Notes: generated by a model not told the origin, from the sequence alone. A DNA stretch of 37,662 nucleotides from a virus (IMGVR_UViG_3300042922_000419:1-37662); one strand, 5' to 3'. Counted from the first letter of the stretch, positions 25,985-35,157 are shown. Numbers and translations: made by a program.

Positions 25985-26359
25985 ATGTTAAGTAAAATAG
26001 TGAATATAGATGGTAGAGAGGTAGAGTTTAAGGCCTCTGCCTCTACTCCTCGTTGGTACAGGCTTAGATTTAGACGTGACATCATGCAGGACATGGTGAA
26101 ACTTAAAAAGGCTTATGTAATTAATCAGCAGGAAGGCGCTGAATTTGAAATAACTGATTTAGAAATATTTGAAAATGTTACTTATGTCATGGCAAAACAA
26201 GCTGACAGTTCAATTCCATCTGATATAAATGATTGGCTTGACCAGTTTAATATGTTTTCAATTTATGAAGTATTGCCAGAAATTTTGGAACTATGGTGCC
26301 TTAATGAAGAAAGTCAAATAGAGTCAAAAAAAAACTTGATTCAAGTAGCAGGGAGTTAA
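25985..26359 (+). CDS. Tail assembly chaperone, short form
   Basis: Position between the major tail protein and the tape measure. Acidic, 124 aa. Confidence 0.75.
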   Translation: MLSKIVNIDGREVEFKASASTPRWYRLRFRRDIMQDMVKLKKAYVINQQEGAEFEITDLEIFENVTYVMAKQADSSIPSDINDWLDQFNMFSIYEVLPEILELWCLNEESQIESKKNLIQVAGS

Positions 26360-26535
26360 CTACTCCTCTTTTTTTATTGCGTTGCACTGAGCTTGGACTT
26401 ACAATGGTTGATTTGGATTATTTAACTATCGGATTAGTAACTGATATGCTGATTGAAAGAGCTAATGATAAATATGAATATGATGATGAGGATATTGTAA
26501 GAGAAGCAACACAAGCTGACTTTGACAGGTTTTAG
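25985..26535 (+). CDS. Tail assembly chaperone, long form via -1 frameshift in the A9 run 26326..26334
   Basis: The -1 frame is open from 26308 to the TAG at 26533..26535 and encodes ..LLRCTELGLTMVDLDYLTIGLVTDML... It has no start codon of its own. A AAA AAA is a slippery sequence. Confidence 0.7.
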
Positions 26536-26546
26536 GAGGTGAGATT

Positions 26547-28265
26547 ATGGCAGGAAAAATAAAAGGAATTGTAATTGAAATAGGTGCTGATACCAAACCC
26601 CTTGAGAAAGCCTTGGATGGTGTTAATAAGAAGTCTAAAGATATACAAGCTGAACTTAGACAAGTCGATAGATTATTAAAATTAGATCCAAAGAACACTA
26701 CTTTAGTTGAACAAAAGCAAAAGCTTTTAGCGGAGGCAGTTTCTAATACCTCTGATAAATTAGAAACTCTAAAGGATGCAGAAAGACAGGTTCAAGCTCA
26801 ATTTGCTAAAGGTGAAATAGGTGAGGACCAATACAGAGCCTTACAAAGAGAGATAATCTCTACTGAACAGAATTTAGAGAGCTTAGAAAAGCAAGCAAAA
26901 CAAAGCAATTCGGCTATTAAAGGATTTGCTGATGCTGGAGATAAACTTACTTCAATAGGAAAGAAAATGTCTGTAGTATCTGCAGGTATAGCTGCAGGGG
27001 TGGGAGCTGCTGCAAATTCTGCTTTAGAAAGTGCTGACAACTTAATTAAATTAGCTGACCAGACAGGACTGACTACTACAGAATTGCAAGAATTACAATA
27101 TGTTGGTGGTCAAGTTGGTGTTGAACTTGACACAATAGCAGGAGCTCAAGCTAAGTTAACTAAAGCTATGTCAGGTGCCAGAGATGGCACAGGGGCACAA
27201 GCTGATGCTTTTAAAACATTAGGAATTTCTGTAACTGATGCAAACGGACAACTAAGAAACGCTCAAGATGTAATGGGTGAGACTTTAAATAAACTTAATG
27301 GTATAGAAAATGAAACTGAAAGAGATGCTTTATCCATGGCCATATTCGGCAAATCTGCAATGGAACTCAATCCATTAATGAAGTTAGGGGCCGACGGAAT
27401 AGCCGAAATGAAACAAAATGCTCACGATATGGGTATTGTTATGGATGAGGAAACAATCGCATCTTTAGATAACTTTGGTGACTCTATGGAAGGATTAAAA
27501 TCAGTTTCTATAAGTGCCATAGGTGAAGCTTTAACACCATTTATAGAAAAACTTACTGATATGGTTAATTGGTTCGCAAATCTTGATGGTGGAACTAAAA
27601 GTGCAATATTAACTATATTAGCGATAGTTGCAGCATTAGGTCCTTTGTTAATGATTATAGGCTCTATTTCAACTGGAATATCCGTATTGATACCTATTGT
27701 AGGTGGCGTGATTGCTGCCTTTAGTGCAGGTGGAGTTGCAGCAGGTGTATTAGGTACGGCATTTACAGTTTTAACAGGGCCAATTGGATTAGCAATTGCA
27801 TTTATTGCAGCGTTAATTGCTATGGGTGTTAAGCTATATAAAAACTGGGATGCGGTTAAAGAATATGCCGATTCTTTAAAAGAAAAATTAAAAAACATGT
27901 TTGATTTTAAATGGAACTTACCAAAAATTAAATTGCCACATTTTAATATACAAGGTCAATTTAGTCTTAATCCTCCAAGCATTCCATCATTTGGGGTTGA
28001 TTGGTATAAAACAGGCGGAGTATTTACAAAGCCAAGTGTTATAGGTGTAGGTGAAGGTGGAGAGCCTGAAGGGGTATTTCCTTTATCGTATTTAAAAGGT
28101 TTATTAGGCAGTGGCGAAGGTGGAGCCTCAACTGTAAATCATACAGGCACTATCAGAGTTGAAGGTGTGAGCAATGAGGGACAACTAATAGCTGTTAAAA
28201 ACATAATCGTGGATGAAGTTGTAAGAGATAACAGGCGTATGCCAAATAGACCAAGTTTGTATTAA
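26547..28265 (+). CDS. Tape measure protein
   Basis: Coiled-coil N-terminus, Gly/Ala-rich hydrophobic segment ILTILAIVAALGPLLMIIGS..., 572 aa, follows the chaperone pair. Confidence 0.85.
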   Translation: MAGKIKGIVIEIGADTKPLEKALDGVNKKSKDIQAELRQVDRLLKLDPKNTTLVEQKQKLLAEAVSNTSDKLETLKDAERQVQAQFAKGEIGEDQYRALQREIISTEQNLESLEKQAKQSNSAIKGFADAGDKLTSIGKKMSVVSAGIAAGVGAAANSALESADNLIKLADQTGLTTTELQELQYVGGQVGVELDTIAGAQAKLTKAMSGARDGTGAQADAFKTLGISVTDANGQLRNAQDVMGETLNKLNGIENETERDALSMAIFGKSAMELNPLMKLGADGIAEMKQNAHDMGIVMDEETIASLDNFGDSMEGLKSVSISAIGEALTPFIEKLTDMVNWFANLDGGTKSAILTILAIVAALGPLLMIIGSISTGISVLIPIVGGVIAAFSAGGVAAGVLGTAFTVLTGPIGLAIAFIAALIAMGVKLYKNWDAVKEYADSLKEKLKNMFDFKWNLPKIKLPHFNIQGQFSLNPPSIPSFGVDWYKTGGVFTKPSVIGVGEGGEPEGVFPLSYLKGLLGSGEGGASTVNHTGTIRVEGVSNEGQLIAVKNIIVDEVVRDNRRMPNRPSLY

Positions 28266-28278
28266 GGAGGAAAATATT

Positions 28279-28626
28279 ATGAAATGGGGAACAACTGAAT
28301 TAAATGTAATCAAAGATTCATATATACCTCCTTTTGCAAAACCTAAGTTGAATGTTATTGAGATTTTACCAGGAGCGGATAATACTGCTCCGTCTTCTAT
28401 TATACAACAAGGTGGAAGGGGTAGGTATCAAGTAAGTTTTAATGGTTTTGTCAGAAATAATACAGAATATCAAGCATTATTAGATGACACTATAAATTTA
28501 ACAGAAAGAACCTTTGATGGCGCAGATGGATTTACCATGAATATGATTATTTCTGATTTCACTCCTACTAAAAGAAGTTTATTTCCATTGAAAATAGAAT
28601 ACAGCATGACATTGATGGAGGTGTAG
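28279..28626 (+). CDS. Small distal tail protein (115 aa)
   Basis: Position after the tape measure. Function inferred from synteny only. Confidence 0.45.
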   Translation: MKWGTTELNVIKDSYIPPFAKPKLNVIEILPGADNTAPSSIIQQGGRGRYQVSFNGFVRNNTEYQALLDDTINLTERTFDGADGFTMNMIISDFTPTKRSLFPLKIEYSMTLMEV

Positions 28627-28628
28627 CT

Positions 28629-30731
28629 ATGAGGGAGATACCAAGCGAAGTAGCTACACTTCTAAAAAGTAGGTCCATGATTGGCGCAAATAGGCCAGCT
28701 TGCGAGGTTACAGTTGAGGGTATGAGTAATGGCTCTATTAATTTTGAAAGCTTAGGAGATACAGTTTTTTCACCTCTTGGCACTCCAATTACAAACACTA
28801 TGTATGCAAGCTCTTGCGAGTTGGCAGATGGTAGAATATTGGTCGTCTGGGTTGACGGAACATCTATAAGACAAGGCTATGCAGCAAGTGCTGAAACTTT
28901 GTTCGCTAATGATTGTTTAACAAATAAAACAGACTTATTCACAGGGCTTAACACTGCAACATCAATTCTTTGTGAAATAGATGCAGGACTTTTTTTATTA
29001 GTAGCTTGGAAACAACAAAATGATGATAAGGTAGCTAAATCCTTACTTTATAAAAGTGCTTTAGGCGATGGCTCTGATTGGACCTTACATTCAACTATTC
29101 AAAGTTTAAATTGGTCAACAGCGACAGATCCATTAGGTACTCAAAGAGGCATGACAAAGATTTTTAAAATAGGTAGTCGGTATATTTTGCAGTGTCCTTA
29201 TTTTTACATCAATGGATCTGGTTGGATTTTATCGCAATATGGTATTTATGACTCAACCGATTTGATTTCATGGATATTAAAATTTGCTATTAATACAAGG
29301 GCTAATGGTAATTTTAATAGTGGTTGCAGTTCAACGTTTGTCGAAATTGACAATGTTACATATTGGGCAATGTGGTCAAGTTATGGGGGTCAGAAAATGA
29401 GTTTGATTAAATCCACTGATGGATTTAATTTAAATCAATCAACTGTTTATACAATATCAACGGATCTAAATCCGTATTATGATGTAGCTCCTTATAACTC
29501 ATGCTCTTTATATTTTGATGATGATAGATTTTTAATAATAGGCTCTCAAAAAATAGCATCGCATGAACGGCTAAATATATGGGGTTGCCCTAAAACAGAC
29601 ATAGGAACTCCGACTAACTATATTATTTATGCTCAAACAGCAATAAATTCTCTTTTTCAATCCTCCAATGTAGGACAATTTTTAGAGATATTTGCAAATG
29701 GCAAGATTGTAATATGGGCTGAAGATATTATTTTAGGAATAGAAACGAATAAAATCATCAGTATACCTGTTAAAACAATAGGTATAAATAGAAATAAAAA
29801 TATGGCAGGAAGTCTTAGTTTAGCAATAGACAATAAAAACGGTGAGTGGTCGCCTGATAATACAGTTAATCAAAATGTCCTATTTCCAAACAAAGAAATA
29901 ACAGTTAAGCAAGGATATGGAATAAATTTAATTAATACATTTCAGGGTTTAATTGACAGAATAGAGATGACTACATTTCCGCATGAATTGAAATTATTGG
30001 TTAGGGATAAATTAAAACTTGCTCTTGACCAAACAATTACATGGACAGACGGCGTAACTCATGTAATTTTATTCCAGTCACAGCCTGTAGAAACAATATT
30101 TACAACTCTATGTGGTTATGCAGGACTAACAATAGGAACGATAGAAACAACTGGACTAACTATAACAAAAACTTTTAGTTGGGAAACTTATGCGGATTGT
30201 TTTAGTTTTTTATCTGAATTAGTAGGATTTGAATATGGAGCAGATGAAAACGGATTGATTTTTTTTAGAAAAGATACTACACCTGCAATACCTACAATTG
30301 CTTATGAATTCAAAGAGGGCGAAGATATAATATCATTAGGTTATACGATTGATGACAATGATTTGTATTCAAAAGTTGTTGTGTATGGCAAAGATACAAA
30401 TGACAATGTGTTATTCGCTCAAAAAGAATATTTATCTAAGGATTATTACAATGTATTGCCTCAAAAAGTTATGAAAATTGATGTTTCTGAAGCAAGCACA
30501 GTTGAACAGTTACAAGCTATTGCTGACAGGACAGAAATGTTAATGAGAAGTAGAGTAAGAGAAGTAAGTTTTGCATCATTAGCCATTCCGTGGTTGCAAG
30601 TCGGAGACATTATAAGGGTTACAGAAAGTAGCTCAACTATAAGTGAGTTATACAGGGTTACTGATTTATCAACAAGTATGGATAGCAGTGGATATACAAT
30701 GCAAATTACTTGCTATCATCATAGTGTGTGA
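28629..30731 (+). CDS. Tail tip/hub protein with an extra N-terminal domain
   Basis: 700 aa. The C-terminal half (NKNMAGSLSLAIDNKNGEWSPDN...VKQGYG...LVRDKLKL) resembles gpD/XkdQ-like hub proteins. The N-terminal ~370 aa carries loose Asp-box-like motifs. Confidence 0.6.
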   Translation: MREIPSEVATLLKSRSMIGANRPACEVTVEGMSNGSINFESLGDTVFSPLGTPITNTMYASSCELADGRILVVWVDGTSIRQGYAASAETLFANDCLTNKTDLFTGLNTATSILCEIDAGLFLLVAWKQQNDDKVAKSLLYKSALGDGSDWTLHSTIQSLNWSTATDPLGTQRGMTKIFKIGSRYILQCPYFYINGSGWILSQYGIYDSTDLISWILKFAINTRANGNFNSGCSSTFVEIDNVTYWAMWSSYGGQKMSLIKSTDGFNLNQSTVYTISTDLNPYYDVAPYNSCSLYFDDDRFLIIGSQKIASHERLNIWGCPKTDIGTPTNYIIYAQTAINSLFQSSNVGQFLEIFANGKIVIWAEDIILGIETNKIISIPVKTIGINRNKNMAGSLSLAIDNKNGEWSPDNTVNQNVLFPNKEITVKQGYGINLINTFQGLIDRIEMTTFPHELKLLVRDKLKLALDQTITWTDGVTHVILFQSQPVETIFTTLCGYAGLTIGTIETTGLTITKTFSWETYADCFSFLSELVGFEYGADENGLIFFRKDTTPAIPTIAYEFKEGEDIISLGYTIDDNDLYSKVVVYGKDTNDNVLFAQKEYLSKDYYNVLPQKVMKIDVSEASTVEQLQAIADRTEMLMRSRVREVSFASLAIPWLQVGDIIRVTESSSTISELYRVTDLSTSMDSSGYTMQITCYHHSV

Positions 30732-30739
30732 GGTGATTT

Positions 30740-31033
30740 ATGAATTTAAGTAAGGTTTTAAAACAGAAAAGAGATGAAGAAGACAGGTTAAGAAATAGAA
30801 GTCCCCAGACTGTTTTTACTGAAAATATAGCAGGTGAACAAAATTATAATAATATAGATAGCTTTTTAAAGACTTCAAACATAAAGCAAGGTACAAATGT
30901 AACTATAGACATAGTTGGTAAAGATATAACTATCAATGCAAGTGGTGGCGGTAGTAGTGCAAGTGGGGCATTTGACTTCGGTAAAATTACAGATGCAACA
31001 ACTACGGTTCAAGATTGGGGTGGTTTGGTATGA
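30740..31033 (+). CDS. Hypothetical tail protein (97 aa)
   Basis: Synteny, ATGA overlap with the fibre gene. Confidence 0.45.
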   Translation: MNLSKVLKQKRDEEDRLRNRSPQTVFTENIAGEQNYNNIDSFLKTSNIKQGTNVTIDIVGKDITINASGGGSSASGAFDFGKITDATTTVQDWGGLV

Positions 31034-31590
31034 GTAATCAAGTGCAATTTAGGAGAGGGACAACAGTAGATCATAGTACGTTTACGGGAGCGGAAGGCGA
31101 AATTACGGTAGATACTACAAAAAAGACTTTGGTGGTACATGATGGAGTTACAGCAGGAGGAGCTCCATTAGCGAAAGAAGCTGCAGTATTACCTGCTGGT
31201 GGTTCTGTGGGGCAAGTACTTAAAAAAAATTCAACTGATAACTATGATGCGAGTTGGGGAGATGCTGGAAGTAGTGCAGTTGAGAATTGGATTACTCCAA
31301 CATTTCAAAATAATTGGGTTAATTATGACGCTGTAAGTTTCGGAACTGCAGGATATTTTAAAGATTTATCAGGAGTAGTACATTTAAGGGGTATGGTAAA
31401 AAGCGGAACATTAAACACTGCAATATTTACTCTGCCAATTGGATATAGACCTGCTTATGTTGAAATTAATCCGACAGTGGCAAATGGAAGTTTAGGTCGA
31501 GTTGATGTACTCCCAAATGGAGCGGTTTATTTAGTGACAGGAAGTAATGCAGCAGTTACTCTTGCTGGTATATCGTTTAGAGCTGCTTAG
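31030..31590 (+). CDS. Tail fibre / receptor-binding protein
   Basis: N-terminus QFRRGTTVDHSTFTGAEGEITVDTTKKTLVVHDGVTAGG is the conserved fibre N-terminal motif (Mtd_N/HylP-like). Confidence 0.7.
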   Translation: MSNQVQFRRGTTVDHSTFTGAEGEITVDTTKKTLVVHDGVTAGGAPLAKEAAVLPAGGSVGQVLKKNSTDNYDASWGDAGSSAVENWITPTFQNNWVNYDAVSFGTAGYFKDLSGVVHLRGMVKSGTLNTAIFTLPIGYRPAYVEINPTVANGSLGRVDVLPNGAVYLVTGSNAAVTLAGISFRAA

Positions 31591-31600
31591 GAGGTAGTGT

Positions 31601-31858
31601 ATGAAATTTGTTAGGAAAATAGACGAAAACGGAATGTTTATTGAAGATACATTTGTTGAGGAATTAACAGAATTCACAATAGAAACACCATGCCCACAAG
31701 GGTTTTATAATCCACGTTGGGACGGTGAAAAATGGGTTGAAGGAATGTCACAAGCTGAAATTGATGCAATTAAAAATATGCCTACTGAACAACCGCTGGA
31801 AATAAGAAACAGAGCAGATATTGATTATATAGCTATTATGACAGGAGTTGATTTATAA
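31601..31858 (+). CDS. Hypothetical protein (85 aa), fibre-associated
   Basis: AGGAGG ribosome-binding site, position. Confidence 0.5.
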   Translation: MKFVRKIDENGMFIEDTFVEELTEFTIETPCPQGFYNPRWDGEKWVEGMSQAEIDAIKNMPTEQPLEIRNRADIDYIAIMTGVDL

Positions 31859-31993
31859 TTGTACGATAAAATTAAATACTATTATGATAATGGATTATGG
31901 AGTATTGATAGAGTTTTTAATGTAGTTGGAAAAGCTATAACAGAACAAGAATATCAACTTATTACAGGATTTGTATATCCTGCTATGAGTTGA
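31859..31993 (+). CDS. XkdX-family small protein (44 aa)
   Basis: YDKIKYYYDNGLWSIDRVFNVVGKAITEQEYQLITG matches the XkdX pattern. TTG start. Below the track cut-off. Confidence 0.55.
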   Translation: MYDKIKYYYDNGLWSIDRVFNVVGKAITEQEYQLITGFVYPAMS

Positions 31994-32009
31994 TGAATAG
32001 AGGTGAGGG

Positions 32010-32504
32010 ATGACGGAATATATTGAAAAAGCTTTTACCGGTTTAAAGCCATTTTGGGGAGCAATATTAGCATTTTTAAGTTACATTTGCTTTCCAGACA
32101 AGGCTTTTTTTTATGCAATGATGGCGGTAATTGGTGCGGCATTGTTTGACATAGTAACAAAATCAGTTTGTATTTGTAAAAATAATGGTGGCTATAGTAA
32201 TGCGGTTAAGACTCATAAATTATTTAGTAAAACTTTATGGACTGGGACTGTTACTAAGATATATGCTTATAGCGTTGTTTGTATTTTGACAGGATTAAGC
32301 TATCGTGTAATTTATATACAAGAAGCTGGCATAGTCCTTGGCTCTTTTGTTTATAGCGTTATGTTCATGAGAGAATTTCAATCTAATATAGAAAACTTAG
32401 TAGAAGCTGGTGCAGATTTGAACTGGCTTCTTTTATTTTCTAAGAAGAAAAATAGGGACTTGATGAAGGACTTGGAAGGGGTGGAAGAGGATGAAAATAT
32501 ATGA
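32010..32504 (+). CDS. Holin (multi-TM, 164 aa)
   Basis: Several hydrophobic helices and a charged C-terminus. Sits immediately upstream of the endolysin and overlaps it. Confidence 0.6.
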   Translation: MTEYIEKAFTGLKPFWGAILAFLSYICFPDKAFFYAMMAVIGAALFDIVTKSVCICKNNGGYSNAVKTHKLFSKTLWTGTVTKIYAYSVVCILTGLSYRVIYIQEAGIVLGSFVYSVMFMREFQSNIENLVEAGADLNWLLLFSKKKNRDLMKDLEGVEEDENI

Positions 32505-33114
32505 TGGCGAATATAAAGTAACATCTTGGTTTGGACCTCGACTATTAGCAAATGGGGACAAGCGGACACATAAAGGTATTGATTATGTAGGGCTTACCTC
32601 TAAAAATTTATTAACTGTAACTGATGCAACTGTAATAAGTAGCCAAATTATAACTGACAAAAGCAATTTGACTTGGGAATATGGCAATTACATAATCTTT
32701 GATGATGGCTACGGGTATACCTTTAGATATTGTCACTTATCCAAAAGGCTTGTAAGCAAAGGTGATAAGGTTAAAAAAGGACAATTAGTAGGTGTCGAAG
32801 GTTATACAGGCTATGTATATCCACCAGATGTGAGAGGTAGTCATTGCCATTTTGAAGTTAGAAATTCTAATAATGAGCCAATTAATCCTATGGACTATTT
32901 TGAAATTTTACAAGCAAGAGAGGAAGGAATTAAAATCATGGCAGAAATAAAACGATATAAAAACATTAAGGATATGCCTGAATGGATGCAAGCTTACGTT
33001 AAAAAGTGGGTTGAAAAAGGTTATATAAAAGGTAACGACAAAGGAGAGTTGGATTTCTCCGAGGACATGATTAGAGTTTTAATAATCGCAGAAAGAATGC
33101 AGGGAGGTAAATAA
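32491..33114 (+). CDS. M23-family peptidase endolysin
   Basis: HKGIDY...GYTGYV...GSHCHFEV (HxxxD and HxH motifs) plus a C-terminal ~70-aa extra domain. Confidence 0.85.
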   Translation: MKIYDGEYKVTSWFGPRLLANGDKRTHKGIDYVGLTSKNLLTVTDATVISSQIITDKSNLTWEYGNYIIFDDGYGYTFRYCHLSKRLVSKGDKVKKGQLVGVEGYTGYVYPPDVRGSHCHFEVRNSNNEPINPMDYFEILQAREEGIKIMAEIKRYKNIKDMPEWMQAYVKKWVEKGYIKGNDKGELDFSEDMIRVLIIAERMQGGK

Positions 33115-33115
33115 C

Positions 33116-33457
33116 ATGAACAATGTAACTTATCAAATATTAACATTAGTATTTTCTATATTGAGTTTGGTTTTAACATATTTCTTTGTCCCATGGTTAA
33201 AAGCAAAGATAGGCAATGAGAAACTTGCAAATATAGAAATGTGGGTTGATGTAGCAGTAGCAGCAGCTGAACAGATATTTAAAGCTGCAGGAACTACTGG
33301 ACAGGGTACTGCTAAAAAGATTTATGTAATAGAATTTTTAAAAGGTAAAGGAATTACAATAACGGATCAAGAACTGGATGCATTAATCGAAGCTGCAGTA
33401 TTTGAAATTAATAAAGCAAAGAACTTACTATTTACAGATTTAGCGAATCAAGAATAA
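33116..33457 (+). CDS. LL-H-type holin-like protein
   Basis: One N-terminal TM, then VAVAAAEQIF...GTAKK...LIEAAV, typical of the Holin_LLH family. Confidence 0.55.
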   Translation: MNNVTYQILTLVFSILSLVLTYFFVPWLKAKIGNEKLANIEMWVDVAVAAAEQIFKAAGTTGQGTAKKIYVIEFLKGKGITITDQELDALIEAAVFEINKAKNLLFTDLANQE

Positions 33458-33510
33458 ATAGGGGGTGATCCTTTATCTATAAAAGGTGATGATGCCTTTA
33501 AGAAATTAGA

Positions 33511-33538
33511 ACCAGGCTTAATTGCCTGGTCTTTTTTT
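33511..33538 (+). terminator. Terminator of the late/lysis operon
   Basis: ACCAGGC 33511..33517 / GCCTGGT 33524..33530, then cT7. Confidence 0.75.
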
Positions 33539-33557
33539 ATTTGTCGAAAATTTGTTC

Positions 33558-33586
33558 TTGCATTAATTGTCGAATATTGCTATAAT
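33558..33586 (+). promoter_or_regulatory. Promoter TTGCAT-17-TATAAT flanked by TTGTCGAA direct repeats
   Basis: TTGCAT 33558..33563, TATAAT 33581..33586. TTGTCGAA at 33541 and 33567. Confidence 0.55.
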
Positions 33587-33592
33587 GTAAAA

Positions 33593-33669
33593 AAGGTTAT
33601 CTCCCCCGATAACCTGGGATATTCCCCAATACCCCTTTTATGCATGGTCCTTAGTGGACCTCTTTTTTT
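33593..33669 (+). ncRNA. Candidate ~77-nt small RNA with C-rich loops
   Basis: Hairpin AGGTTATC-tcccccg-ATAACCT, then single-stranded UUCCCC and ACCCC, then terminator GGTCC-ttagt-GGACC followed by T7. No ORF and no downstream plus-strand gene. Confidence 0.5.
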
Positions 33670-33764
33670 GTTTAAATTTCAATAAAATCAACGTCATAAA
33701 ATCGATTTTAACGCACGAAAAACAAGACTTAATGTGTTTATACCTGTTGATTTTGCAATAAAAA

Positions 33765-34118
33765 CTACTCTTCTGCTTTTGTTACTGTTACATCTTCTAA
33801 AATGTAAAAATTATTAAAGACTCCCAAAACTTTATATTTAAAGCTTTCTGAATCAATTGTATATAGACTATAAAATTTATGATCTTCTCTTATAACTGAA
33901 GTGTCAGAAATCATATCAGCAAAAAATCCCATCAAAGAATTTTCAAAGTGAGTAGTTTCGACTACAGCCTCATTATTTTCTGATTTATATTCCTTATAAG
34001 TATCATTGGCTTGTTGTTTATACCATTCTTTATATTCAGCATAAGAAGGATTGGTTGCAGCACCTAATATTAAAATAAATAAAGTTAAAACCGCTCCAAT
34101 AATTAAAACTTTTTTCAT
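33765..34118 (-). CDS. Small membrane-anchored/secreted protein (117 aa)
   Basis: MKKVLIIGAVLTLFILILGAATNPSYA signal or anchor. The ATG at 34118 lies 6 nt after AAGGTG. The track GTG at 34127 sits inside the SD sequence. Confidence 0.7.
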   Translation of the reverse strand: MKKVLIIGAVLTLFILILGAATNPSYAEYKEWYKQQANDTYKEYKSENNEAVVETTHFENSLMGFFADMISDTSVIREDHKFYSLYTIDSESFKYKVLGVFNNFYILEDVTVTKAEE

Positions 34119-34252
34119 ATATATCACCTTTTTTATTTTTTAATATGCTCAAATAAAAAAAGTTTATACTTTTACGAATTAGTAGGTTCTATTTTATGTA
34201 TTAGTGCATATTATTTAGTAAGAGCGATAATTAATTTAAAGGAGTGTTAGGA

Positions 34253-34420
34253 TTGGCTAAATATGTATTAGGATTGAGTTTTAAAGATAATTCAGAGGAT
34301 AAAAAGTTACTCGACTGGATTAATGAGCATAGCAATAAAAGTGGTTTTGTAAAAGATATTTTAAAAAAGGAGATGGAAAAAGAGTTAAGAAGAAAATTAG
34401 GAATTTTTACAATGGAATAG
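34253..34420 (+). CDS. 55-aa protein, possible small regulator (first gene of the operon)
   Basis: TTG start after AAGGAG. LAKYVLGLSFKDNSEDKKLLDWINEHSNKSGFVKDILKKEM. Below the track cut-off. Confidence 0.4.
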   Translation: MAKYVLGLSFKDNSEDKKLLDWINEHSNKSGFVKDILKKEMEKELRRKLGIFTME

Positions 34421-34546
34421 TAAAAGCTCCCCCAGTGCCTGGACAGCTATTATAGGGAGAGCCAAAAACCACCACCGACAAGAGGTAGTCTATTATTATG
34501 CTACCACAAATTTATAAAAAATCAATCGAATTTTGGAGGTAGTTTT

Positions 34547-34759
34547 ATGGAAACGAAAAAAATATCTGGTATTTACGAATTGAACTTACCGTCATATGTT
34601 TTAGAAGATGTAGAAAACCGAATTCAAGACTGGTTAAGTATGGGAGGAAAAGAAGAGGATCAATACATCCAGCGCCAAATTTATTATGCTTTGTTGGTTG
34701 CAGATAAAATAGAAAATCAAGAAATGCACATTTTTGGAGGTAGTGGATATGAAATTTAA
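34547..34759 (+). CDS. Hypothetical soluble protein (70 aa)
   Basis: GGAGG ribosome-binding site. Overlaps the next gene by 11 nt. Confidence 0.55.
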   Translation: METKKISGIYELNLPSYVLEDVENRIQDWLSMGGKEEDQYIQRQIYYALLVADKIENQEMHIFGGSGYEI

Positions 34760-35147
34760 TGAATTAAAAAAAACGCACAATGGCGCTATGATTTTTTCCT
34801 TTGCTCGTAACCTTCGCATAAGTAAAAATATGCAGGCAATAGCCAAAAAATGCAAGTCCCACGAAGATTTGTTCCTAAAAGTGATATTTTTATGTTTCAT
34901 TTTTATATTTAATTCGACAATAGCATATGCGGATACAGGAAAAGGGTTAACTTTATATTACAAGTTAGCGGGAGGTGCCGTTAAACTGATTTTAATATTC
35001 AAGGGTGCATTTGAAGTTGTTCAGGCGTGTATTAATGGCGACGTACAAGGTGCTAAAAAGAATTTGATAGGTTATTTATTAGCATTTGGTAGTTTATATC
35101 TATTGCCAACTGCATTTGATGAAATCGAAATAATGTTCAGGGATTAG
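34749..35147 (+). CDS. VirB2/TrbC-pilin-like membrane protein (132 aa)
   Basis: Long leader ending FIFNSTIAYA|DTG. The mature ~70 aa has two hydrophobic helices around the polar loop CINGDVQGAKKN. The call is based on topology only. Confidence 0.45.
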   Translation: MKFNELKKTHNGAMIFSFARNLRISKNMQAIAKKCKSHEDLFLKVIFLCFIFIFNSTIAYADTGKGLTLYYKLAGGAVKLILIFKGAFEVVQACINGDVQGAKKNLIGYLLAFGSLYLLPTAFDEIEIMFRD

Positions 35148-35157
35148 GAGGAATTTT

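Noticed and set aside
31030-31590. Diversity-generating retroelement target (Mtd-like N-terminal motif in the fibre)
   Set aside because: There is no reverse transcriptase gene and no template/variable repeat pair in the window. The motif is a common fibre N-terminus.
34421-34546. Second C-rich element (GCTCCCCC...GGGAGAGC) between the 55-aa ORF and the 70-aa ORF as another small RNA
   Set aside because: No promoter or terminator could be recognised and the stems are short and imperfect. It is more likely an intra-operon leader.
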